Shown: positions 1 through 7,281 of the stretch, in pieces | How the letters are laid out: each line of letters begins with the position of its first letter | How positions within the stretch are numbered: position 1 is the stretch's first letter | Assembly: GCA_963833225.1 (NCBI GenBank) | Contig: CAWHXD010000001.1 | Location: forward strand, 1-11,189 | Origin: an uncultured Chloroflexia bacterium | GTDB taxonomy: Bacteria; Chloroflexota; Limnocylindria; Limnocylindrales; CSP1-4 | Reading direction: 5' to 3' | Length of the DNA: 11,189 nucleotides | Position numbers and translations under genes: made by a program | Notes under the pieces: model-generated | Told to the model about the DNA's origin: nothing | What the model saw: only the letters and a program-made list of their open reading frames with translations | Database searches by the model: none

Positions 1-909
1 GACTCGATCGGCGATCCGGTCCGGTGTCAGGCCGAACCGCTCGAGCAGCCAGGCGTTGGGGGCCGATTCGCCCCATTCGTCATCGATTCCGATCGCCTCC
101 ACCCGGCGCGGCTGCGTCCGGGTGACGATCTCCGCGACCAGGCTGCCCAGGCCGCCGACGACCGTGTGCTCCTCGGTCGTCACGACCAGCGGCGCCTCGG
201 ATGCGGCCCCGGCGATCGCGTCGGCATCGACCGGCTTGAGCGACGGGACGTGGAGCACCCCGGCCTCGATGCCGTTTGCGCCGAGGAGCTCGGCGGCGGC
301 CAGGGTGCGGGCGGACTGCTGCCCCGTCGACACGAGCAGGACGTCAGTGCCGCCGCGCAGGCGCACGGCGCGGCCGGGGACGAACTCGTAGTCCGGGGCC
401 ACGATGTCCGAACCGCCCTCGCGACCCAGCCGCAGGTACACCGGGCCGGGCGTCGCCGTTGCCCATCGCACCATCGCGGCACACTCGGTCGCGTCGCCCG
501 GAGCGAGCACCGTCATTCCGGGCATCGCTCGCATGATCGTCAGGTCCTGGACGTCGAGGTGGGTCTTGCCGGTGAAGCCCGTCTGGACGCCGGCGTAGGC
601 GGCGCCGATCTTGACGTTCGCGTGGGTCTGAGCCACGGCCATCCGCACCTGGTCAAGGGCGCGATGGGTGAAGAACACGGCGAACGACGAGAGCCACGGA
701 ACGAAGCCCATGGCCGCCAGGCCGACGGCTGTTCCGACCATTCCCTGCTCGGCGATCCCCATCTCGTAGAAGCGATCCGGATGGACGTTCGCGAACCGGT
801 CGGCGCGCGTCGAGGTGGCCAGGTCGCCGTCGAGAACGAGCACGCGCGGATCCTCCGTCGCGACCTCGATGAGCGTGTCCGCCCACACGTCGCGCAGGGG
901 GCGGGTCAC
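1..909 (-). CDS. Transketolase C-terminal subunit (pyrimidine-binding + C-terminal domains) of a split two-gene transketolase; 3' end lies outside the window
   Basis: Not in the ORF track. Manual translation from GTG at 909 (GTGA overlap with the upstream stop at 906-908) stays open to base 1 (303 codons): MTRPLRDVWADTLIEVATEDPRVLVLDGDLATSTRADRFANVHPDRFYEMGIAEQGMVGTAVGLA...RALDQVR...GFTGKTHLDVQDLTIMRAMPGMTVLAPGD...GPVYLRLGR...SLKPVD...VVTTEEHTVVGGLGSLVAE...GIDDEWGESA. GIAEQ, RALDQVR, GPVYLRLGR and EEH..GGLG are hallmark motifs of this family. Confidence 0.95.
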   Translation of the reverse strand, partial: MTRPLRDVWADTLIEVATEDPRVLVLDGDLATSTRADRFANVHPDRFYEMGIAEQGMVGTAVGLAAMGFVPWLSSFAVFFTHRALDQVRMAVAQTHANVKIGAAYAGVQTGFTGKTHLDVQDLTIMRAMPGMTVLAPGDATECAAMVRWATATPGPVYLRLGREGGSDIVAPDYEFVPGRAVRLRGGTDVLLVSTGQQSARTLAAAELLGANGIEAGVLHVPSLKPVDADAIAGAASEAPLVVTTEEHTVVGGLGSLVAEIVTRTQPRRVEAIGIDDEWGESAPNAWLLERFGLTPDRIADRV

Positions 910-1805
910 GGGACGACCTCCCCGAGCTCGGCGCGGGCGGCCTCGGCCTCGGCCATCGTGGCCACGCGGCTGTGCCACTCGAAGGTGCCCTCGGTGAAGC
1001 TGAAGCCGCGGCCCTTCACGGTTCGCGCGAGGATCGCGGTCGGGACGGCACCCGCCCCGGCGGACCGCGCATCCCCGCAGGCCGCAAGGATCTCGCCCAT
1101 GTCGTGCCCGTCGATCTCGAGCACACGCCAGCCGAACGCTTCGAACGCCTGGCGCACGGCCACCTCGCCGAACGGGTCACGCCGGTCGCCTCGATGTCGC
1201 TCCCCTGGCCGGAGCGGCCAGCCGTACTGCTGCAGGCCGTTGCGGTCGATGATCGCGGTGAGGTTGCCCAGGCCGTACTTCGCGGCCACCGGGATGGCCT
1301 CCCAGGCCTGGCCCTCCTGCATCTCCCCATCGCCCAGCAGGACCCAGGTGTGGTTGTCCAGACCCAGGCGGCGAGCGCCCATCGCCATCCCCACGCCGAT
1401 CGAGAGACCCTGGCCCAACGAGCCGGTGGAGGTGTCGAGACCGGGCAGACGGGTCATGTCGGGATGGCCCTGGAGGCGCGTCCCCGCGGCGTCGAACGTC
1501 CGGAGCTCATCGATCGGGAAGCAGCCGCGGAGCGCCATCGCCACGTACAGCCCGATCGAGGCGTGACCCTTGGACAGGATGAACCGGTCACGCTCGGGCC
1601 AGTCCGGCCTTGCCGGGTCGATCCGGAGCACGCGGAAGTAGAGCGCGATCAGCAGATCCATCGCGGACAGCGGCCCGCCCACGTGACCGGCGCCGGCGCG
1701 GGCAACGCTCTCGATCACCAGCAGCCGTCCGCGCCGGGCGAGCGCCTCGAGGTCCGCGTCGCGGCCTGAAGCCGCCTCGCCGGCAGCCTCGGCCCGGCCG
1801 CTCAT
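906..1805 (-). CDS. Transketolase N-terminal (ThDP-binding) subunit
   Basis: This is the C-terminal 299 aa of track ORF 906..2309. The start is reassigned to ATG at 1805 (ATGA overlap with the iolE-like stop at 1802-1804). Motifs: GHVGGPLS, DRFILSKGHA, LQGHP, STGSLGQGLS, ThDP motif GDGEMQEG...DRNG, IDGHD, TVKGRG, WH. Confidence 0.95.
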   Translation of the reverse strand: MSGRAEAAGEAASGRDADLEALARRGRLLVIESVARAGAGHVGGPLSAMDLLIALYFRVLRIDPARPDWPERDRFILSKGHASIGLYVAMALRGCFPIDELRTFDAAGTRLQGHPDMTRLPGLDTSTGSLGQGLSIGVGMAMGARRLGLDNHTWVLLGDGEMQEGQAWEAIPVAAKYGLGNLTAIIDRNGLQQYGWPLRPGERHRGDRRDPFGEVAVRQAFEAFGWRVLEIDGHDMGEILAACGDARSAGAGAVPTAILARTVKGRGFSFTEGTFEWHSRVATMAEAEAARAELGEVVP

Positions 1806-2689
1806 CGCGCGCTGGCCGGGACGGCCAGCAGCCGCTCCAGGTACTCCCGGTTGGCGCGGGCGGTCTCGGTCGGGTCGCCCGGCGCCGTGTCCTGCTCGAT
1901 GACGTACCAGCCGTCGTAGCCGGCGGCCTGGATGGCCGCGACGACCTCCGGGATCCGCGCGATCCCCTCCCCCAGCGGAGGGAAGATGTAGGCGGCCAGC
2001 GCCTGCCCGAAGCTCCAGCCCTCCGCCTTCGCCCTGGCCAGCACGTCGCCGTCGACGTCCTTGATGTGGACGTGCCGCACGCGATCGGCATACCGCGGCA
2101 GCATGTCGATCGCGGCGCCGCCGCCGTACGCCAGGTGCCCGATGTCCAGGCACCAGCCCACCAGCGTCGGGTCGGTCTCGTCGAGCAGGCGTGCCGTCTC
2201 CACCGGGGTCTCGACGTACGTGCCGACGTGGTTGTGGAACACCAGCTCCATGCCCATCGGCTCGAGGCGCCGGGCGAGCTCGTGCAGGCCGCCGGCCAGG
2301 TTCCGCCACTGAGCGTCGGCGAGGCCCCGCGACTCGTCCACGTGACCCGCCTCGCCCCGGCGGCGGTCGTCGCCGGCCTCCGCGGCGATCAGCCGGGTGC
2401 CGCCGTTGCCCGCCAGGAATCGGGCGATGTCGAGCGCCCGCTCGAGCTCGGCGTCATGCCTGTCGGCGTCGCGAAAGCCGAGACCGACGAACGCGCCCAC
2501 CAGCTCGAGACCACGCGAGCGGAGATCCTTGCCCAGCACCTCGGGGTCGGTCGGCATCGAGGGGCCCCATTCGGTGGCGTCGTACCCTGCCTCGACGAAG
2601 TGGTCCATCGCCTCGCCGTACGGGATCCACGGGAAGACATCGGGGATGTCGGGGTTGTTCCAGTTGACGACGGCCGTTGCGATCCTCAC
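1802..2689 (-). CDS. iolE: IolE/MocC-like myo-inosose-2 dehydratase (xylose isomerase-like TIM barrel, sugar phosphate isomerase/epimerase family)
   Basis: Motifs AGYDATEWG, FHNHVGTYVET, CLDIGHL, HVHIKDVD, PLGEG and GYDGWYVIEQD. The GTG start overlaps the iolD stop (GTGA, 2686-2689), with GGAG upstream. The fold is secure; the exact IolE activity rests on motifs plus adjacency to iolD. Confidence 0.75.
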   Translation of the reverse strand: MRIATAVVNWNNPDIPDVFPWIPYGEAMDHFVEAGYDATEWGPSMPTDPEVLGKDLRSRGLELVGAFVGLGFRDADRHDAELERALDIARFLAGNGGTRLIAAEAGDDRRRGEAGHVDESRGLADAQWRNLAGGLHELARRLEPMGMELVFHNHVGTYVETPVETARLLDETDPTLVGWCLDIGHLAYGGGAAIDMLPRYADRVRHVHIKDVDGDVLARAKAEGWSFGQALAAYIFPPLGEGIARIPEVVAAIQAAGYDGWYVIEQDTAPGDPTETARANREYLERLLAVPASAR

Positions 2690-4575
2690 GCCAGCTCCCT
2701 CCGCTGCCGCCCAACGGCCTGGTCGTATTCCTCACGGGCGGCGCGCACGTCGCCCTGCCCGCTGGCTGCCGCCGGTGGCACGTCCCACCAGCCCTCGTAG
2801 CCCGGGGCGCGCTTGTCCGGGCTGACGTAGACGTGGATCACCGTCGTCCGGTCCGCGGTCCGCGCGGCGGCGATGGCGTCGCGGATCTCCTGCTCCGTGC
2901 GGGCGGTGACCCCGATCGCCCCCATCGCCTCGGCGTGCTTGGCGTAGTCGACCGGCACGTAGCCACCGGAGAGGCGGTTGCGGGCGTGGTCCCGGAATCG
3001 GAGCTCGTTGCCGAACTGGGTGGTCACGCCGACGTTTGCGGCGAGATCCTTGATGCACTGGAAGCCGTGATTGTCGAACACGACGACCGTGATCCGGATC
3101 CCCTCGGCGACAGCCGTGACGATCTCGCTGTTGAGCATCAGGTAGGTCCCGTCGCCGATCGCGACGACCACCTCGCGCTCGGGCTCGGCCATCTTGACGC
3201 CCATGCCCGCCGGGATCTCGTAGCCCATGCACGAGTATCCGTACTCGAGGTGGTAGGCCTTGCTGTCCTCGGGCCGCCACAGCTTGAGCAGGTCGCCGGG
3301 CAGGCTGCCGGCCGCGCACACCACCGTCGCGTGTCCGCCGACCGCGTCGTTGATGATGCCGATCACCTCGGGCTGGGCCATGTCCGCGGTCTCGCCGCTG
3401 GGCGTGCGGTGGTAGTCGACGCGGGCGTCCCACTCCTCCTTGAGGTCGCCGATGCGATCCCGGTACGCCTGGCCCGTCCCTGCGTGGCCCGCCGCGCGCA
3501 GCGACGCCGTCAGCGCGGCGAGCGCCTCCCGTGCGTCCGCGACCATCGGCACGGCGTGCAGCTTGATGGCGTCGAAGCCGTTGACATTGATGCCGACGAC
3601 CGTCGCGTCCGGGTTCTGGAAGATGCTCTTGGACGCCGTGACGAAGTCGCCCAGCCGGCCCCCGATCGAGATGACGAGGTCGGCCTCCTTTGCCAGCCGG
3701 TTGGCCGCCAGACCGCCGTTGGCGCCGATGGGTCCGACGTTCATCGGGTGGTTCCACGGGAGGACGCCCTTGCCGGCCTGGCTCTCGCTGACCGGGATGC
3801 CGAACGCGGTCGCGAACGCATCGAGCGCCGCCTCGGCGCCCGAGTAGATGGCGCCGCCGCCGGCCACGACCAGCGGCCTGGTGGCTGCCTGGATCAGCTT
3901 CGCGACCTGGGCCACGACCTCCGGCTCCGGCAGCGGCCGCCGGATCCGCCACACGCGCCGCTCGAAGAACCGCTCGGGCCAGTCGTACACCTCGGACTGA
4001 ACGTCCTCGGGCAGCGAGATCGTCACCGCGCCGGTCTCCGCGGGATCGGTCAGCACCCGGAACGCATCGGGCAGGCTGGACAGGAGCTGCTCCGGCCGTG
4101 AGATGCGGTCGAAGTAGCGCGACACGGGGCGGAATGCATCCGACGCGGACACGTCGTGCTCGATGGGATGCTCGACCTGCTGGAGGACCGGGTCGGGCAG
4201 GCGGTTGGCGAAATAGTCCGACGGGAACAGCAGGACCGGCAGCCGGTTGACGGTCGCCTGCGCCGCGCCGGTGATCATGTTCGTCGCGCCGGGACCGATC
4301 GAGCTGATGCAGGCGAAGGTCTGCATCCGGTTCCTGTGCTTGGCGTACGCCGACGCCAGGTGGACCTGGGCCTGCTCGTTCTGCGGCCGGTAGTACGGCA
4401 TCTCGCACTCGTCGCCCAGCTCCTCGAGCGCCTGCCCGAGGCCCGCGACGTTGCCGTGCCCGAAGATGCCCCACACCCCGGCGATGAACCGGCTCTGAAC
4501 GCCGTCACGCTCCACGTACTGCTGGGCCATGAACTTGACGATGGCCTGTCCGACCGTCAGGCGAACTGTGCTCAA
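2686..4575 (-). CDS. iolD: 3D-(3,5/4)-trihydroxycyclohexane-1,2-dione acylhydrolase (decyclizing), ThDP-dependent
   Basis: 629 aa with IolD-typical motifs RLTVGQA, IFGHGNVAG, NEQ, SSIGPGATNM, ATVNRLPVLL, PDPVLQQ, DAFRPVSRYFDRI.RPEQL, AAGSLPGDL, YHLEYGYSCMGYEI, GDGTYLM...DNHGF and WWDVP. TTG start with GGAGG (4582-4586) 6 nt upstream. Confidence 0.96.
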   Translation of the reverse strand: MSTVRLTVGQAIVKFMAQQYVERDGVQSRFIAGVWGIFGHGNVAGLGQALEELGDECEMPYYRPQNEQAQVHLASAYAKHRNRMQTFACISSIGPGATNMITGAAQATVNRLPVLLFPSDYFANRLPDPVLQQVEHPIEHDVSASDAFRPVSRYFDRISRPEQLLSSLPDAFRVLTDPAETGAVTISLPEDVQSEVYDWPERFFERRVWRIRRPLPEPEVVAQVAKLIQAATRPLVVAGGGAIYSGAEAALDAFATAFGIPVSESQAGKGVLPWNHPMNVGPIGANGGLAANRLAKEADLVISIGGRLGDFVTASKSIFQNPDATVVGINVNGFDAIKLHAVPMVADAREALAALTASLRAAGHAGTGQAYRDRIGDLKEEWDARVDYHRTPSGETADMAQPEVIGIINDAVGGHATVVCAAGSLPGDLLKLWRPEDSKAYHLEYGYSCMGYEIPAGMGVKMAEPEREVVVAIGDGTYLMLNSEIVTAVAEGIRITVVVFDNHGFQCIKDLAANVGVTTQFGNELRFRDHARNRLSGGYVPVDYAKHAEAMGAIGVTARTEQEIRDAIAAARTADRTTVIHVYVSPDKRAPGYEGWWDVPPAAASGQGDVRAAREEYDQAVGRQRRELA

Positions 4576-4644
4576 CGGGTGCCTCCGCTCGCTGCACTTG
4601 CGCGCGGACCCGGGGCCGCCGCTCAGCTGCTGGACGGCGGTTCG

Positions 4645-4658
4645 GGTAAGCGCTTACA
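4645..4658. promoter_or_regulatory. LacI-family operator O1 (gGTAAGCGCTTACA)
   Basis: Perfect 12-bp palindrome GTAAGCGCTTAC (4646-4657) with a central CG, as is typical for LacI/GalR operators. It lies in the AT-richer spacer between divergent iolD and the LacI gene. Confidence 0.85.
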
Positions 4659-4673
4659 CTCGATGATATGCCA

Positions 4674-4702
4674 AATGTAATCGGATACATCGGCGGCTGC
4701 AA
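4674..4702 (-). promoter_or_regulatory. Putative sigma70-type promoter of the iolD-iolE-transketolase operon
   Basis: The minus strand reads TTGCAG (4702-4697), a 17-nt spacer, then TACATT (4679-4674). The predicted start is near 4667, which puts O1 just downstream of it. Confidence 0.6.
4675..4690. promoter_or_regulatory. LacI-family operator O2 (ATGTAATCGGATACAT)
   Basis: Imperfect palindrome (12/16 symmetric) with a central CG at 4682-4683, 31 bp from the O1 centre. It overlaps the predicted -10 box. Confidence 0.7.
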
Positions 4703-4762
4703 GACCCAACCTCGAGCCCTGCCGGCCGGGACCGGGCCGATCGCCTCGGCGAGCCGCCTCCG

Positions 4763-5863
4763 ATGACGGACGGGCCGCGCGGCCGTCGGCGCCGGCCACA
4801 CCCGACGGGACGCCCCGTGGTGACCATCGAGGACGTGGCCGCCCAGGCGGGCGTCTCGATCGCCACCGTCTCGCGCGTGCTGACCAACGCCAAGGTGGTG
4901 CGCCCCGAGACCCGGAGCCGGGTCGTGGGTGCCGTCGAGGCGCTCGGCTATCGACCCTCGGGCCCCGCCCGCGCCCTCGCCCGGAGTCGGACCCACACGC
5001 TGGGCCTGATCATGACCGACCTCGCCCAGCCCTTCTACGCGGAGCTCACCCGCGCCGTGGAGGCGGCGGCCCGGACCCACGGCTACGCGCTGGTGCTGGC
5101 CAACGGCGCCGGCGACAGCCGGCGCGAGGCGTCGTACCTCGACCTGCTCGCGGAGCGCCGGGTCGACGGCATCCTGGTCGCCTCGTGGGGCATCACGGAG
5201 CGGCACGTCGACTGGCTGGTGCGGGCGCCGGTCGAGGTCGTCCTGGTCTCGTGCCGGGCGCCCGGCGTCACTCTGCCCGGCATCGTGGCGGCCAGCCGCG
5301 ACGGGGCGCGCCTGGCCGCGGAGCACCTGCTCGCGCTGGGCCACCGGCGGCTCGGCGAGGTCACCGGTCCGCCGCACAGCGCCGCGGCGCCGGACCGCCA
5401 CCTGGGCGTGCTCGAGGCGCTCGCGAACGCCGGGATCGCGGCGGACGGGCTCGCGGTCGCCCACTGCGACGGGGACTTCGAGTCCGGCGGGCGGGCGACC
5501 GCCCAGCTGCTCGCGCGGTCGCCCCGGCCGACGGCCGTGCTCTGCTACAACGACCTGGTGGCGGCCGGCGCGCTCAAGGCGGCCCGTGCGGCCGGGTTGT
5601 CGGTACCCGGCGAGCTGAGCGTGATCGGCTTCGACGACGTGCCCCTGGCCCGCATGGTCGAGCCCGCCCTGACCACCGTCGCGCAGCCCGTCGCCGAGAT
5701 GGGCGCCTGGGCGGTGGAGCGGATCCACGCCGCGCTGACGACGCTGCTCGACCCCACCTCCGGGCCCGAGCCGATCGACCCCCAGGTCGTCCGCGGCCCC
5801 GCCGTGGTCGAGGTGCCGTGCCGGCTGGTCGTCCGGGACAGCACGGCACCGCCGCGGGCCTGA
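4763..5863 (+). CDS. LacI/GalR-family transcriptional regulator, probable local repressor
   Basis: HTH TIEDVAAQAGVSIATVSRVL, hinge LGYRPSGPARAL, and sugar-binding domain motifs RVDGIL, AEHLLALGHRR, PTAVLCYND, VPGELSVIGFDD, PALTTVAQP, LVVRDST. The start is uncertain (ATG 4763, or GTG 4817/4820). Confidence 0.95.
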   Translation: MTDGPRGRRRRPHPTGRPVVTIEDVAAQAGVSIATVSRVLTNAKVVRPETRSRVVGAVEALGYRPSGPARALARSRTHTLGLIMTDLAQPFYAELTRAVEAAARTHGYALVLANGAGDSRREASYLDLLAERRVDGILVASWGITERHVDWLVRAPVEVVLVSCRAPGVTLPGIVAASRDGARLAAEHLLALGHRRLGEVTGPPHSAAAPDRHLGVLEALANAGIAADGLAVAHCDGDFESGGRATAQLLARSPRPTAVLCYNDLVAAGALKAARAAGLSVPGELSVIGFDDVPLARMVEPALTTVAQPVAEMGAWAVERIHAALTTLLDPTSGPEPIDPQVVRGPAVVEVPCRLVVRDSTAPPRA

Positions 5864-5911
5864 CCGGCGGCCCCGGGCGCGCGGCGCGCTGCACAAGGCC
5901 TCGATCGATGG

Positions 5912-7136
5912 TCAGCCGACCGTGATCGCCACGCGGTCCGGCACGGTCGCCGGCGGCGAGGGGACCCGCACGATGACGGCCAGTCCGAGCGCGAGCATCC
6001 CCAGCACCAGCAGCCAGGCACCGACGACACCCGCGAGCCCGACCACCAGGCCGAGCCCCAGCGGCGCCGAGAAGATCGCGAGACCCGATGCGGCCGGGAG
6101 CCGCGCGCTGGCCAGGACCGGGGTGTCCGGCGCGTGCGCGATGGCGAGGCTCGCGCCCAGCGGGTACGCCGGTGAGATCCCGAGCCCGCCGAGCAGCAAC
6201 CCCAGTCCGGCCAGCGTCTGGTCGACGGCCAGCAGCGTGAGGGCCGCGCCAGCCGCGGCCAGGATCGTGGACGCTCGCAGCACCATCGTTGGCCGCCATT
6301 CGGTCGCGAGACCGGTCGACAGGGCGAGCCGGCCGGCGATCATCCCGGCCACGTACAGCGACGCCAGCCCGGTCGCCCCGACGTCACCGATCCCCGCCCG
6401 GGCCGACACGACCTGCGAGCCCCAGACCACGAACGAGAACTCGGCGCCGATGAGCATGACCATGAACAGCCAGCTCAGCCAGTAGGCACGGGGCAGCCCG
6501 GCCAGGACGGTCTCGCGGGCGGGCGGGCGATCGGCGCTCCGCGCCGCGGGCCGGTCGAGGTCGCGGCGCCGCGGGCCGGTCGAGGTCGGGCGCGGCCGGC
6601 CGGTCGCGGGCCGGCGACGGCGGCAGCGCCAGCGCCAGCACGGCCAGGAACGGCACCGGCGCGAGCAGGCCGAACCACCAGCCCACCCCGGTCGCGGCCG
6701 CCGACAGGACGAGCGGTCCCGCCAGCCCGCCCGCCACCGACCACAGGTTGGCCCGGGTGAGCAGGGTTCCGCCGCGCCGCCCGCCGCCCAGCGCGCTGTT
6801 CACGTGCACCAGCACGCCGCCGATCGAGGCCCCGAACAGGAGCGCCCCGAGCAGGATCAGCAGGATCGAGATCGGGGTGGCCAGCAGCAGCGCGGACAGG
6901 CCCATCAGCACCGTCCACGCCCGGACCGCCGCGCGCGGCCCGATGCGAGCGTTCAGCCGCCCGGACAGCACGCTCGCGCCGACCAGGCCCACCGCCATCG
7001 CCGAGCTGGGCAGGGCCGCCAGCCACGGCGGCACGCCCAGGTCGTGACGCAGGAACGGGGCGATGAACCCGACTGCGTAGATCAGGTAGCCCTCGCATGC
7101 CATCAGCAGGTAGGCCGTCCACGTCAGCAGCGACAA
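5912..7136 (-). pseudogene. MFS transporter split by a +1 frameshift in the central loop (real pseudogene or sequencing error)
   Basis: The N-half (track ORF 6384..7136) has hydrophobic helices and motif-A-like GRLNARIGPR. The C-half (track ORF 5912..6463) extends upstream in its own frame as ...ETVLAGLPRAYWLSWLFMVMLIGAEF. Removing one base near 6563 joins them into a 407-aa protein, a normal 12-TM MFS length. TTG start with GGAG 10 nt upstream; the start is uncertain. Confidence 0.85.
6515..6605 (-). repeat. Degenerate 24-nt tandem repeat encoding DRPAAPDL-like units in the MFS central loop
   Basis: Units: DRPAAPDL (6605-6582), DRPAAP + extra C + DL (6581-6557, 25 nt), DRPAARSA (6556-6533), DRPPAR (6532-6515). 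The exact 23-mer gcgccgcgggccggtcgaggtcg occurs at 6541-6563 and 6566-6588. Confidence 0.85.
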
Positions 7137-7200
7137 GGGCCCTGGTCTCCGGGTGAGGTCCCGTCGGCGCCGCCGGCCGGCGGGCAGGGACGGGCGCTAG

Positions 7201-7214
7201 AGTCATCGCTTACA
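7201..7214. promoter_or_regulatory. LacI-family operator O3 (aGTcAtCGCTTACA)
   Basis: 11/14 match to symmetric TGTAAGCGCTTACA, with an 8-nt right part CGCTTACA identical to O1. It lies in the spacer between the divergent MFS and SDR genes. Confidence 0.6.
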
Positions 7215-7281
7215 TGATGCCGCACCGCGCCCGACGGCCGATCGTTGCTCGGTGCGGGCCGGTGCCCAAGGAGCGGGACCC

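Noticed and set aside
1806-2309. N-terminal 168-aa extension of track ORF 906..2309 (apparent transketolase fusion)
   Set aside because: It overlaps the iolE-like gene out of frame and is low-complexity; ATG 1805 gives a clean ATGA coupling.
166-4101. Long plus-strand ORFs (166..1566, 972..1769, 1610..2800, 2677..4101) and the alternative minus-strand ORF 2732..4474
   Set aside because: Antisense or off-frame shadows of well-supported genes in high-GC DNA; Arg/Gly/Pro-rich with no recognisable motifs.
4609-4646. Possible hairpin (ccgccg/cggcgg) in the iolD 5' leader as a riboswitch, e.g. TPP given two ThDP enzymes downstream
   Set aside because: Only a 6-bp core, expected by chance at this GC content; no THI-box motif (CUGAGA) is recognisable and the predicted leader is short.
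4505-5896. 463-aa minus-strand ORF opposite the LacI gene
   Set aside because: Antisense shadow of the LacI gene with no domain signal.
7137-7206. ATG at 7206 (MTLAPVPARR...) as the true MFS start, implying a second frameshift near 7137-7142
   Set aside because: Not needed: TTG 7136 has a plausible GGAG and the ATG falls inside operator-like site O3. It cannot be fully excluded without homologue alignment.
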